Notes under the pieces: generated by a model
Databases searched by the model: none
Seen by the model: only the letters and a program-made list of their open reading frames with translations
What the model was told of the DNA's origin: nothing
Made by a program: the position numbers and the translations under genes
Assembly (NCBI GenBank): GCA_002269645.1
Contig: NIVC01000260.1
Coordinates: forward strand, 434,001-498,000
Reading direction: 5' to 3'
Source of the DNA: Macrostomum lignano
Taxonomy: Eukaryota
Length of the DNA stretch: 64,000 bases
Shown: positions 26,951 through 42,391 of the stretch, piece after piece
Position numbering within the stretch: the first letter of the stretch is position 1
Layout: each line of letters begins with the position of its first letter

Positions 26951-27290
26951 TAAACCTTCCCTTGCGTTTACAAGAATTTTCCAATCCGTCTCTGATGAGG
27001 ATACACTTTCACAAGCCAGCACTGAGATGCCTCTCAATCAATTTTTCCCTTTCATTTGCAGCCGCTCGAACAGCCGTCGAAAATGCGTCGAAAATCGACC
27101 GACGGAATTGAAGCAGTCGGGATTGGCGACTCATTGCAGCTCAGGAATATTTGACAGACAGTCATGAGATCTATTTTATTTTATAACTCTGAATCCATTG
27201 GTTCCAACAAACTTAAAATTGAGTCTTTGAAAGAGCAATATATGACTGTGATAATACATCTTCATTTGCCTCTTGTTGTCGAAGTTGAGG

Positions 27291-28073
<783 letters not shown>

Positions 28074-28469
28074 AGAGAGAGAACAAAATGAACAATTGCA
28101 AACATATTTTCGTCCAATTACGGGCTAGACAGTTCCAGCTATTTCCAATAAAATATTTTGCATTGCTAAGAATCAACAATAACTTAGGGTGTCTATTTAA
28201 AAATTAAACTCATTGTCGACAGAAAGTGAAGCAAAAGATTGATATCTGGTATAGATAACTGTATGATAGCTGTATAGATAGTTGCAGAGATAGCTGTATA
28301 GATGCCAATCAGGGGTCAAAAATCAGGATGTCACTTTGAAAGTCAAAATGCCGGATGCTATGGCGTATCTGATAAAGAAACCCTGGCTGTATATGGTAGC
28401 CCCACCAATAGCTGACCACCTTCCAAAAACTTTAGAAATATTTTCTAGGTCAACTTTCAAAGTTTGAAA

Positions 28470-29155
28470 CTGCCGCAGGCACTCATTTTGGCGCCGCAGA
28501 CACTCATTTTGGCGCCGCAGGCACTCATTTTGGCGCCGCAGACACTCATTTTGGCACCACAGGCACTCATTTTGGCACCACAGGCACTCATTTTGGCGCC
28601 ACAGGCACTCATTTTGGCACCACAGGCACTCATTTTGGCGCCACAGGCACTCATTTTGGCGCCACAGGCACTCATTTTGGCGCCACAGGCACTCATTTTG
28701 GCGCCACAGGCACTCATTTTGGCGCCACAGGCACTCATTTTTGCGCCGCAGGCACTCATTTTGGCACCACAGGCACTCATTTTGGCACCACAGGCACTCA
28801 TTTTGGCGCCACAGGCACTCATTTTGGCACCACAGGCACTCATTTTGGCACCACAGGCACTCATTTTGGCGCCACAGGCACTCATTTTGGCGCCACAGGC
28901 ACTCATTTTGGCGCCACAGGCACTCATTTTAGCACCGCAGGCACTCATTTTGGCACCACAGGCACTCATTTTGGCACCACAGGCACTCATTTTGGCGCCA
29001 CAGGCACTCATTTTGGCGCCACAGGCACTCATTTTGGCGCCACAGGCACTCATTTCGGGGCCGCAGACACTCATTTTGGTGCCGCAGACACTCATTTTGG
29101 TGCCGCAGACACTCATTTCGGTGCCGCAGACACTCATTTCGGTGCCGCAGACACT
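28470..29155 (+). repeat. 21-bp minisatellite CAGGCACTCATTTTGGCGCCA
   Basis: About 32 units. Confidence 0.97.
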
Positions 29156-29231
29156 CTCTCAGCGCAGTAGGCGCAAAAAGTCGCAGATAGAATCGCTTTG
29201 AATGTCCAATCAAAAGTGACAGCTCAGCTTC

Positions 29232-32200
29232 TCAGCACATAGTATGCAGCAGCTCAATCTTCACTGACCCGTGATTCTTGCCGGATTTGGAGTTGCCGCC
29301 TGTGACGCCAACGCAGCCGCTGCCGCCGCAGTAGGAGCCGCCGCCGCCTCCGGCAATGCCTTCGGCCAGCCCGGCTCCACCGCCGCTGTAGCCGCCGCCG
29401 CCGCCGCTGGCTCCGTTGTGGCCGCCACCTCCGCCGCCGCCGAAGCCGCCCTTGTAGACGTGTTCGGACCCAGCCTCACCGCCCACCCAGCCGTTCGCCA
29501 GGCCGCTTCCAGGCTCTCCATCGTAGCTTGAGTTCCGGGTCATGTTGGGCCTTCCAAGCCAGCCGGCTCCCGAGCCTCCGTGACGCTCACCAGTTGGCGC
29601 CGCATCCGTCTTCGTGAACCCCGGCTGGCCGTTCGAGCCGCCGAAGCCTTTGTTGGGAGAGTCCGGCACGGAGTCCGTTCCGCTGGTGCCACCCTGGCCG
29701 TCCGCGCCTGCAGTTTGCAGTTTGCCTTTCAGATTTGACGCCGATTCTCCTACAGTCCCTCAGATTCGGCGCCGATTCTCCTACAGTTTCTCAGATTCGG
29801 CGCCGATTCTCCTACAGTCCCTCAGATTCGGCGCCGATTCTCCTACAGTCCCTCAGATTCGGCGCCGATTCTCCTACAGTCCCTCAGATTTGACGCCGAT
29901 TCTCCTACAGTCCCTCAGATTCGGCGCTGATTCTCCTACAGTCCCTCAGATTCGGCGCCGATTCTCCTACAGTCCCTCAGATTCGGCGCCGATTCTCCTA
30001 CAGTCCCTCAGATTCGGCGCTGATTCTCCTACAGTCCCTCAGATTCGGCGCCGATTCTCCTACAGTCCCTCAGATTCGGCGCCGATTCTCCTACAGTCCC
30101 TCAGATTCGGCGCCGATTCTCCTACAGTCCCTCAGATTCGGCGCCGATTCTCCTACAGTTCCTCAGATTCGGCGCCGATTCTCCTACAGTCCCTCAGATT
30201 CGGCGCCGATTCTCCTACAGTCCCTCAGATTCGGCGCCGATTCTCCTACAGTCCCTCAGATTCGGCGCCGATTCTCCTACAGTCCCTCAGATTCGGCGCC
30301 GATTCTCCTACAGTCCCTCAGATTTGACGCCGATTCTCCTACAGTCCCTCAGATTCGGCGCTGATTCTCCTACAGTCCCTCAGATTCGGCGCCGATTCTC
30401 CTACAGTCCCTCAGATTCGGCGCCGATTCTCCTACAGTCCCTCAGATTCGGCGCCGATTCTCCTACAGTCCCTCAGATTCGGCGCCGATTCTCCTACAGT
30501 CCCTCAGATTCGGCGCCGATTCTCCTACAGTCCCTCAGATTCGGCGCCGATTCTCCTACAGTCCCTCAGATTCGGCGCCGATTCTCCTACAGTCCCTCAG
30601 ATTCGGCGCCGATTCTCCTACAGTCCCTCAGATTCGGCGCCGATTCTCCTACAGTCCCTCAGATTCGGCGCTGATTCTCTTACAGTCCCTCAGATTCGGC
30701 GCCGATTCTCCTACAGTACCTCAGATTTGACGCCGATTCTCCTACAGTCCCTCAGATTCGGCGCCGATTCTCCTACAGTCCCTCAGATTCGGCGCCGATT
30801 CTCCTACAGTCCCTCAGATCCGGCGCCGATTCTCCTACAGTCCCTCAGATTCGGCGCCGATTCTCCTACAGTCCCTCAGATTCGCAGACTTGGATCACCT
30901 TTAGAGCCTTTTTTGCTGGCGCCGCCGCCACCTCCGGCAGCTAGCAGCAGGGTCTCCTCGGGCTTCGTGTACACGAAGCTGCCTCCGCCGCCGCCAGCAT
31001 TGCGTCTGTAAACAAAAGACAATAATCCACAATCGCTGCCTCTCTGCCCCACAACAACGGACAGAACCGTGCCCGCTGTCAGGCTGAAGTTGCCGCTCAT
31101 TTTGGCACCGTTGCCTCCTCTAGTGAAGCCTACAGAACCGCCGTCAGCGCCCAGAGCCTCGATCCGGTAGCAGCCGGTGAACGGCAGCTGCACTGATTGA
31201 ACCGAACCGTTGCGGCCATCGTGCGAGGCTTTGAGCAGGAAAAGAACAGTTGTTTGTCAAAGAAGAGAGAAAGGGCCTGTCAACTTGAGCTCATACGAGG
31301 GGCATTGCAAAAGTTCTTAGCTACATCTAAACAGAAGCAGCTATGAAGCTGAAATTTTCACAGCTTCTCAAAGTAGTCTCCACCAGCCTGGATGCAGCGC
31401 CACATCCTCTCAAACCAGGTGACAAAGCAGTGGGGGGGGTGCCACTCGGAAGTTGACACCTCTTCCACCATCTTGTCGAATGCATCAGCAGCCTCCTCTG
31501 CAGTCGAAAATCGCCGGCCAAGCAGCGAGTCCTTGACTTTAGGGAAGAGAAAAGTGCTCTTCCCTAAACGGTGCCAGATCAGGCGAGTATGGCGGGTGAC
31601 TGGTCAGCTGCAGTCCCTGAGTCTGCAGCAACTGCCGTGTTGCCTGAGCCGTGTGAGCGCTCGGGCTGTCCTGATGCAGCGTCAGGCCTCGGACACCTGA
31701 CTTCGGACGCGTCCTGCTCAGGCTGTGGATGACCTGTGGCAAGCAGACGCCGGTATACCAGGCCGCAGTCACCGTGCGCTGGACCATTTGCTTGCCGGTG
31801 CTCCAGCCTCGCACGAGCTTCGTTGGCGGCACCTCGTCTGAAAACGCCCGCACCTGCGACTGGCACTTGCGCTCTGGCTCGTAGCAGTACACCCAAGTCT
31901 CGTCGCATGTCACGATGTCGGCGACCGCCTTCAACGCTCCATCGCTGTATTTCTGTAACCTATCTACACAAATGAAACATCATCCTGCTCATAGTGACAC
32001 CAGGAAGCTGGGTTTGGCACCTTTTGTCACATCACTTTTTGCCAATCCCGGGATCCCGACGAATTGGATTGAAAAAGTTTCTAATCTTTGTTGCTGAAAT
32101 TTTGGTTTACGAAGCCATCTAATCTGATTTTAAAGGGCTTTCAATAATAAAAGTAAAACAGAACAAAATATTTTGCAAACATGAAACGGACAGTGTGCCC

Positions 32201-35085
32201 TGAATTCGAGTGTGATGCACGGGCTGGCGTAATAGACGTGCTTTTTTACATGCCAGTATCAGCTCAAGAAAATCACACCTGATCGTGATGTGACCTGGGG
32301 AATGATAGCTTACAGAGCTATGACCCGGGTGTAGAAGGGGATCAAACCTCACCCTCCCAGGGGCACCCGCCCTAGATGGAGAATTGGTAGCTTGGGTTGT
32401 GGTGCGATAGCAAGGTCCCACTGTTCTAATCCCAACTACGGCCCAGGAGTTTTAAAGGTAGGGACTGCTTAAAGTACATGTAGTTCTGCCACCACCCCTA
32501 TGCTGGGCATCAGAAGGGTGTTCTGACAGTGCTGAGAATGAGGTCTTTCACATAGGGGGGGGGGGTTTCTGATCTGCGCAAGGTCGAGACCGCCTGATAT
32601 ATTCAAGCAAAATATACAAAATCAGGGCAACAGCATCGGGAAAAAGGCTGAGCCATAGCCAGAATCAGACCACCAGATTCCCCCCCTCCAAAAAACTCAC
32701 CAGAAAAAGTCTTCTCAAATGGCGGTACCAGGGCGGCCAGCCGCATCTCCAAGTCGGCAACTTTCCACAGCCAATCGGACGGCCCAGCTTCGATGTGTCG
32801 CCGGACGCGACTCGCGTTCGAATTCGGCGGCAGTTGGGTGAATTCGACTATACAAATCATTCGGCAGAGTTTGGAGCCTTTGGCCACGCTGGCTACTGAG
32901 CAGCCTCTCTGCATGCAGGCGGTGGCGCACTCGATCTCAGACCTGACGCCGGTCACATTCAGCTCGAAGCTGCTCGTCACATTGTCGATGAAAACCGAGT
33001 CGGTTCTGACCAGCTCGTCCTGGTTCACGTTGGAGCCGATGCTGGAGGCTGGAATGGCCACCCGTTCGAGTACTTCATTTCGGAGCTATCGATCACTGTT
33101 ATCTAGCGTCACCAATGACCATTTAGCGTCACTAATTACCATTTAGCGTCACTAATGACCATTCAGCGTCATCAATGACCATTTAGCGTCACTAATGACC
33201 ATTCAGCGTCACTGATGACCATTTAGCGTCACTGATGACCATTCAGTGTCACTGATAACAATTTAGCGTCACTGATGACCATTTAGCGTCACTGATGACC
33301 ATTCAGCGTCATCAATGACCATTTAGCGTCACTAATGACCATTCAGTGTCACTGATAACAATTTAGCGTCACTGATGACCATTCAGCGTCACTGATGACC
33401 ATTTAGCGTCACCAATGACCATTTAGCGTCACTAATTACCATTTAGCGTCACTAATGACCATTCAGCGTCATCAATGACCATTTAGCGTCACTAATGACC
33501 ATTCAGCGTCACTGATGACCATTTAGCGTCACTGATGACCATTCAGTGTCACTGATAACAATTTAGCGTCACTAATGACCATTTAGCGTCACTGATGACC
33601 ATTCAGCGTCACCAATGACCATTTAGCGTCACTAATGACCATTTAGCATTACTGATGACCATTTAGCGTCACTGATGACCATTTAGCGTCACTAATGATC
33701 ATTTAGCGTCACTAATGACCATTTAGCATTACTGATGACCATTTAGCGTCACTAATGATCATTCAGCGTCACAAATGACCATTCAGTGTCCCTGATAACA
33801 ATTTAGCGTCGCTAATGACAATTCAGTGTCACTGATGACCATTCAGCGTCACTGATAATAATTTAGCGTCACTAATAAACATTCAGCGTCACTGATGACC
33901 AATCAGGGTCACTGATGACTTTTTATCGCCCCCAATGACCATTCAGCGTCACCATGACCATTCAGCGTCACCAATGACCATTCAGCGTCACCATGACCAT
34001 TCAGCGTCACTAATGACCATTCAGCGTCACTAATGACCATTCAGCGTCACCAATGATTCAGCGTCATCAATGACCATTTAGCGTCACTAATGACCATTCA
34101 GCGTCACCAATGACCATTTAGCGTCACTAATGACCATTTAGCATTACTGATGACCATTTAGCGTCACTGATGACCATTTAGCGTCACTAATGATCATTTA
34201 GCGTCACTAATGACCATTTAGCATTACTGATGACCATTTAGCGTCACTAATGATCATTCAGCGTCACAAATGACCATTCAGTGTCCCTGATAACAATTTA
34301 GCGTCGCTAATGACAATTCAGTGTCACTGATGACCATTCAGCGTCACTGATAATAATTTAGCGTCACTAATAAACATTCAGCGTCACTGATGACCAATCA
34401 GGGTCACTGATGACTTTTTATCGCCCCCAATGACCATTCAGCGTCACCATGACCATTCAGCGTCACCAATGACCATTCAGCGTCACCATGACCATTCAGC
34501 GTCACTAATGACCATTCAGCGTCACTAATGACCATTCAGCGTCACCAATGATTCAGCGTCATCAATGACCATTTAGCGTCACTAATGACCATTCAGCGTC
34601 ACCAATGACCATTTAGCGTCACTAATGACCATTTAGCGTCACTAATGACCATTTAGTGTCACCAATGATTCAGCGCGTCATCAATGACCATTCAGCGTCA
34701 TCTATGACCATTAAGCGTCATCAATGACCATTCAGCGTCATCAATGACCATTCAGCGTCATCTATGACCATTAAGCGTCATCAATGACCATTCAGCGTCA
34801 TCTATGACCATTAAGCGTCATCAATGACCATTCAGCGTCATCTATGACCATTAAGCGTCATCAATGACCATTCAGCGTCATCTACGACTATTAAGCGTCA
34901 TCAATGACCATTCAGCGTCATCTATGACCATTAAGCGTCATCAATGACCATTTGTCTCCATCAACCCGGTTCCACAGATGGAATCTGGGTCTTGCCCCTC
35001 AGCCTAGCAGCTGCCTGCCTGCCAACTTACCCAGTGAACAGCTGCACAGGAGCAGCAGCAATCCAGTGTGTACGATTGGAATCAT
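29232..35085 (-). CDS. Secreted protein: signal peptide + PAN/apple-like domain + ALK/LTK-type glycine-rich domain (4 exons, 405 aa)
   Basis: Exons 35085-35031, 33048-32701, 31228-30890, 29707-29232; all introns phase 1, GT-AG (1218 nt). MIPIVHTGLLLLLCSCSLA; SEIECATACMQRGC; GSVQSVQLPFTGCYRIEALGADGG; VVVGQRG; GGGGGSFV; LLLAAGGGGG; GGGGGYSGG; GGGGSY; HGSVKI. Confidence 0.8.
29730..30885 (+). repeat. 31-bp minisatellite GATTCGGCGCCGATTCTCCTACAGTCCCTCA filling intron 3
   Basis: About 37 near-identical units starting a few nt from the GT donor at 30889. Confidence 0.97.
31296..31940 (-). mobile_element. 5'-truncated mariner (DD34D) transposon remnant
   Basis: IVTCDETW, LHQD, HPPYSPDLAP, then FLFPKVK...RRF...GGDYFEKL*. 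Terminal TA|CGAGGGGCATTGCAAAAGTT at 31294-31315. Confidence 0.9.
33101..34950 (+). repeat. 20-bp minisatellite TGACCATTCAGCGTCACTAA filling intron 1
   Basis: About 90 units with ~300- and ~480-bp higher-order duplications. Confidence 0.96.
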
Positions 35086-35649
35086 TGAAAATTTCTTTTT
35101 TTAATTAATAAATTTAATTTAAGAAAATTTTCCTTAACAGCACTGCTGGCGCACCAGTCAATCAAGTTTTTCGCTTTTTTATGCAACATTTTAAGCCCTC
35201 GCACTCATCCGTTCCCCTAGTCCACTCAAATCCAGTGTTGCAGCTGTACTCTGCACTGGCTAAAACTCCGAGAAAGTTTAGTTGCTATGGTAGCTAATTG
35301 AATTGCAAAATTGTGTCATCTCCAACGCGCCAAATTAAATTATGAGTACAAACACAAGCAGACGAATGTTTGGCATCCTTTTAAAGTAAGCTGTTAATCT
35401 TGTTGGATATTTAACCTACGCAAACGATAATGGACCTCTCAGAATAATTTCCGTATTTGACTTTGAGCCTGTCCGTCAGGCACTCAGCTCTAGCCTAGCT
35501 TTCTGTGAGAGCAAATACTGAAGCATTAGATAGGATGCTCCAAAATTGCTAACGCCAGGAATGAGTGACTATTGAGCAAACAGCCAACAGACAACAGACA
35601 CACAAACAGAGAGACATACAGACAGAAAGACACACTGAGACAAACAATC

Positions 35650-36896
<1,247 letters not shown>

Positions 36897-37309
36897 TACT
36901 AAAAAGGACTAATCAACACCGCTAACAGAATGATTAAACTTGCATTCGTCAAGCTTCAATGCGCAGCATAAGCAGTGCACCATTAAGGTAGCGGGCTCAA
37001 CAGTACAGTATATTTTACACAGCAGAGGCGTGGACTCCGAGCATGCCAAAGAGCAGAACAAACAATACCAATTAATGAGCAAAAGACAAACAAGCCAAAT
37101 GCCTAGAAATTCATCCAGCACACAAAATATGAACTACTTGAACTTCTCGCACTTCAAGTTATTCGACATTTTTTTCTTAAAGACTGACTTTTAAACAAAC
37201 ATAGTTAAATTGATTAGCAAAACTTGTATTTATATATAGGCAGCTTCTTCAATGTAGACAAAATTATGAACTATGGAGCTAGAAAGGTGACCAGCAGGAC
37301 TTTTCGGCA

Positions 37310-37595
37310 TTGGTGGGTTGTGAAATTTGTGGGTTGTGAAGTTTGTGGGTTGTGAAGTTTGTGGGTTGTGAAGTTTGTGGCCTGTGAAGTTTGTGGGTTG
37401 TGAAGTTTGTAGGTTGTGAAGTTTATGGGTTGTGAAGTTTGTGAGTTGTGAAGTTTCTGGGTTGTGAAGTTGTGGGTTGTGAAGTTGTGTGTTGTGAAGT
37501 TTGTGGGTTGTGAATTTGTGGGTTGTGAATTTGTGGGTTGTGAAGTTTGTAGGTTGTGAAGTTTGTGGGTTGTGAAGTTTGTGGGTTGTGAAATT
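37310..37595 (+). repeat. 16-bp minisatellite TTGTGAAGTTTGTGGG
   Basis: About 18 units; related to the array at 21405-22295. Confidence 0.93.
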
Positions 37596-37690
37596 CGAGG
37601 CCCACTAGTGTAAAGACTCGACAAGATGCTGATTTGAACTTAAAATCCTTCTCAAACGCATCGTTGAATATCTTGACCACTCCGCCGAAG

Positions 37691-38924
37691 TCAGGCCTGC
37701 TCTCTTGCAGCGCTCAGCTTCGCCATCAGCCGGGCATCCCGCTCGCTCCGTTCGGTCAATCGGTACCGCCGCATCTCCTCGTAGGTCAGGCCGCAGTACA
37801 GCTGGATGCCGTACACCACTGTCCCGACCACGGCGCCAAGGAAGCCACCCAGAACGGCACCGCCCAGCATCGGCTGGAGGCCGTGGGCACCGCGAACGCA
37901 GGCGCCGGCTGCGATGCCCGACGGCAAGAAGTCCAGCGGCGAGGAGCGGCCGCGCACGGCCGAGATGCACTGGGCGCCGCCGAGGAACAGCGGAGCAAAA
38001 ATCAAAGAGCTGGCGGAGCGCTTCAGGCCCAGGCGGAGGGCGCGCATTGTGATGTAGTCCATCTTGCGGCGGGACGCCTGCGGTTTGAGGGGCGATTCTC
38101 TGGGGCTTGAGGGGCGATTCTCTGGGGCTTGAGGGGCAATTCTCTGGGGCTTGAGGGGCGATTCTCTGGGGTTTGAAGGGCGATTGTCTGAGGTTTGAGG
38201 GGCGATTCTCTGGGGCTTGAAGGGCGATTCTCTGAGGTTTGAGGGGCGATTCTCTGGGGCTTGAGGGGCGATTCTCTGGGGTTCGAAGGGCAATTCTCTG
38301 GGGTTTGTGGGGCGATTCTCCACGAGGTTAGAGGGGCGATTCTCTAGGGTTTGAGGGGCGATTCTCTAGGGTTTGAGGGGCGATTCTCTGAGGTTTGAGG
38401 GGCGATTCTTCGAGGTTTGAGCATATTTGGTTAATTCACAAAAATAAAATCCCCACCTGCTGCTTGGAGGCGAACACAGTCAGCTTATTTCTATCCTCAA
38501 AGCTGACCCCAGCCAGCCGCCTCTCCTGCACAGTGTAGCGAACATTCAAATACGTAAACGTTGCCATAGAAACCAGCATGACGCTGGCTAGCTCATAGGA
38601 AGGCTCATTATCTTCGTTAAGCGCGTAGAGATCCTTAAGCCTGTCTAACGGACCTTCGCTAGCCATGATCTGGTCCACCTGGCTGTCAGTCACCAGGGTG
38701 CTGCGGGCCACGGTCTCAGCGGAGGGTGAGCCCAGCGACCTCAGGTAGGCGTCCCGGTGCCGAAGCTCCAGCTCCATGGCCCCCAGATCGTCTGCCAGCA
38801 GGGACTCGTCAAGACCATCGACTGGCGCCGGAGGGAGGCTGTGCGGCGGCGATGAAGCTCGGCAGTGGATCGGCGAGGCGGCTGCTCGAAAGCCGCGAAG
38901 TCTGATCAGGTCGGAGAGGCTCAT
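37691..38924 (-). CDS. TIMMDC1: Tim17/22/23-family complex I assembly factor, TIMMDC1-like (2 exons, 284 aa)
   Basis: Exons 38924-38457 and 38077-37691, phase 0. EGPLDRLKDLY, ASRRKMD, SAVRGRSSPLDF..GIAAGA, GAVLGGFLG, GLTYEEMR. Confidence 0.8.
38082..38420 (+). repeat. 22-bp minisatellite GGGGCGATTCTCTGGGGCTTGA in the TIMMDC1 intron
   Basis: About 15 units abutting the acceptor. Confidence 0.93.
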
Positions 38925-39052
38925 TGGGAGCTCGATGTGGAATGTCACAAAATTGGTTTGTAAGGCAGCAAAAGTGAATGCAGGATTTGATTCTAAACGG
39001 ATTTTCATTTTGCTTTGGAAGCAGTAGGATATAATCCAAAGCTTTTATTCTG

Positions 39053-39840
39053 GCTTGAGTCAGTGGATTCAAAATCTCACCCTGGATTGAGTCAGTGGAT
39101 TTAAAATCTCACCCTAGATTGGGTCAGTGGATTCAAAATCTCACCCTAGATTGGGTCAGTGGATTCAAAATCTCACCCTAGATTGAGTCAGTGGATTTAA
39201 AATCTCAGCCTAGATTGGGTCAGTGGATTCAAAATCTCACCCTAGATTGGGTCAGTGGATTCAAAATCTCACCCTAGATTGAGTCAGTGGATTTAAAATC
39301 TCAGCCTAGATTGAGTCAGTGCATTCAAAATCTCACCCTAGATTTTGAGTCTGTGGATTCAAAATCTCAACCTGGATTGAGTGAGTGGATTCAAAATCTC
39401 ACCCTAGATTGAGTCAGTGCATTCAAAATCTCACCCTAGATTGAGTCAGGGCATTTAAAATCTCACCCTAGATTGAGTCAGTGCATTCAAAATCTCACCC
39501 TAGATTGAGTCAGTGCATTCAAAATCTCACCCTGGATTGAGTCAGTGCATTCAAAATCTCACCCTGGATTGAGTCAGTGCATTCAAAATCTCACCCTGGA
39601 TTGAGTCAGTGCATTCAAAATCTCACCCTGGATTGAGTCAGTGCATTCAAAATCTCACCCTGGATTGAGTCAGTGCATTCAAAATCTCACCCTGGATTGA
39701 GTCAGTGCATTCAAAATGTCACCCTGGATTGAGTCAGTGCATTCAAAATGTCACCTATATTTTGAGTCTGTGGATTCAAAATCTCACCCTAGATTGAGTC
39801 AGTGCATTCAAAATCTCACCCTAGATTGAGTCTGTGGATT
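39053..39840 (+). repeat. 32-bp minisatellite GATTGAGTCAGTGGATTCAAAATCTCACCCTA
   Basis: About 24 units between TIMMDC1 and the kinase gene. Confidence 0.96.
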
Positions 39841-40037
39841 CAGTAAGCTTGGTCAACGAGCATAAAGATGTACAGAATTATTACATGAAAATCAGAACAT
39901 GGTGCACATCATTATATTTATATATCTCTAGCTACAGATAACTATAGCCGGTGTAGAATAAGAACAAAGTTAGCAGCACCTCAAAAACATATTTAAATAA
40001 ACAAAAAATTAACAAGTTGGCAGTTAGTTAGCTGCAG

Positions 40038-42137
40038 TTAACGCCGCCCAATTCTAATCAAAGCCGAGGCGAGCCAAGCTTTAAAGTGCTCCGTCAGCTC
40101 TGCGGCTGCGGAGCCGGACAGGTTCGCGAACTTCGCGTAGAACGGGCAGCTCTTTATGGTCAGCTTGGATGGCCGGTGCTTCGCTTTGCGTTGCAAGCTG
40201 TGAAAATAAGCAGTTGAAAATGGCTTTTTAGGATATTAAATACCTAGATTATCTAATCTAGATGATCTAATCTAGTGTATAGTCTATATGATCTAAACTA
40301 GTGTCTAGTCTAGATGATCTTATCTAGTGTCTAGCCTATGATCTTATCTAGTGTCTAGTCTAGATAATCTTATCTAGTGTCTAGTCTAGATAATCTTATC
40401 TAGTGTCTAGCCTATGATCTAATCTAGTGTCTAGTCTAGATGATCTAATCTAGTGTCTAGTCTAGATGATCTAATCTAGTGTCTAGTCTAGATGATCTAA
40501 TCTAGTGTCTAGTCTAGATGATCTAATCTAGTGTCTAGTCTAGATGATCTTATCTAGTGTCTAGTCTAGATGATCTAATCCAGTGTCTAGTCTATATGAT
40601 CTAATCTAGTGTCTAGTCTATATGATCTAATCTAGTGTCTAGTCTAGATGATCTAATCTAGTGTCTAGTCTAGATGATCTTATCTAGTGTCTAGTCTAGA
40701 TGATCTAATCTAGTGTCTAGTCTAGATGATCTAATCTAGTGTCTAGTCTAGATGATCTAATCTAGTGTCTAGTCTAGATGATCTTATCTAGTGTCTAGCC
40801 TATGATCTTATCTAGTGTCTAGTCTAGATAATCTTATCTAGTGTCTAGTCTAGATAATCTTATCTAGTGTCTAGCCTATGATCTAATCTAGTGTCTAGTC
40901 TAGATAATCTTATCTAGTGTCTAGTCTAGATGATCTAATCTAGTATCTAGTCTAGATGATCAATCTAGTGTCGAGATGATCTAATCTAGTGTCGAGATTA
41001 TCTAATCTAGTGCCTAGTATAGATAATCTAATCTAGTGTCTAGTCTAGATGATCTTCTCTAGTGTCTAGTCTAGATGATCTTATCTAGTGTCTAGTCTAT
41101 ATGATCTAATCTAGTGTCTAGTCTAGATGATCTAATCTAGTGTCTAGTCTAGATGATCTAATCTAGTGTCTAGTCTAGATGATATAATCTAGTGTCTAGT
41201 CTAGATGATCTTATCTAGTGTCTAGTCTAGATGATCTAATCTAGTGTCTAGTCTAGATGATCTAATCTAGTGTCTAGTCTAGATGATCTAATCTAGTGTC
41301 TAGTCTAGATGATCTAATCTAGTGTCTAGTCTAGATGATCTAATCTAGTGTCTAGTCTATATGATCTAATCTAGTGTCTAGTCTAGATGATCTAATCTAG
41401 TGTCTAGTCTAGACGATCTAATCTAGTGTCTAGTCTAGATGATCTAATCTAGTGTCTAGTCTAAATGATCTAATCTAGTGCCTAGTATAGATGATCTAAT
41501 CTGGTGTCTAGATGATCTAATCTGGTGTCTAGATGATCTAAGCTACTATCTAGATGATCTAATCTAGGGTCCACAAGATCTAATCAAACATTCAGAAGAT
41601 CTGATTGATCTGTCCAAATTGCCTCCGAACACACAGGGAGACCCAACAAACTAAGCCAAAGCCCCAAAGCTCACCAAGCAGTGTACATGGCGTGGAACTC
41701 GGCGGACAATGCCTCAGCAATATCCGCTCGCATCCGCGGCACCCGAGCTTCGCGGATGTCCGCCAGCATCTGGCCGAGCAGCGCGCCGCGACCGCCGAAG
41801 GGCCGCTGACCGCAGGCCAGCTCGTACAGCGCCACGCCGAGGCCCCACACGTCCGCCCTGTGCCCGTAGCGCTTGGCTCGGACCCTTTCCGGCGACATGT
41901 ACTCGTAGCTGCCGCAGAACGAGCTGGCCAGGCAGGTGGACACATAGGCGGCAGCGTCTTGACCGGCTGGCGCCGCCTCCTTGGCCAGGCCGAGGTCGCA
42001 GATTTTCACGCGGCCTGAGCGGCAGGCCAGGATGTTGGCCAGCTTCACGTCCCGGTGCACAATGCACCGCTGCCACAGGTAGGCCAGGCCGTTCACCACT
42101 GACACGGTGACGAAGCCTGACAATTGCGAGCTTGTGT

Positions 42138-42191
<54 letters not shown>

Positions 42192-42192
42192 C

Positions 42193-42231
<39 letters not shown>

Positions 42232-42248
42232 GGCACATACAGACAGAC

Positions 42249-42297
<49 letters not shown>

Positions 42298-42338
42298 GGC
42301 ACATACAGACAGACAGACAGACAGGCAGACAGACAGAC

Positions 42339-42391
<53 letters not shown>

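Noticed and set aside
28310-29225. hAT-like MITE enclosing the 21-bp array (CAGGGGTC start; GTCACTTTGA / TCAAAAGTGAC)
   Set aside because: Only ~10 bp of inverted similarity, no matching terminal repeat and no TSD.
32100-32700. Structured RNA or retroelement 5' end in intron 2 (small hairpin ATAGCT-TACAG-AGCTAT)
   Set aside because: Only short stems, with no recognisable family motif or second copy in the window.
33049-33095. Upstream acceptors (33085, 33095) for exon 2 of the PAN/Gly-rich gene
   Set aside because: They give the wrong phase or an in-frame stop relative to the phase-1 signal-peptide exon; TTCCAG at 33049 fits.
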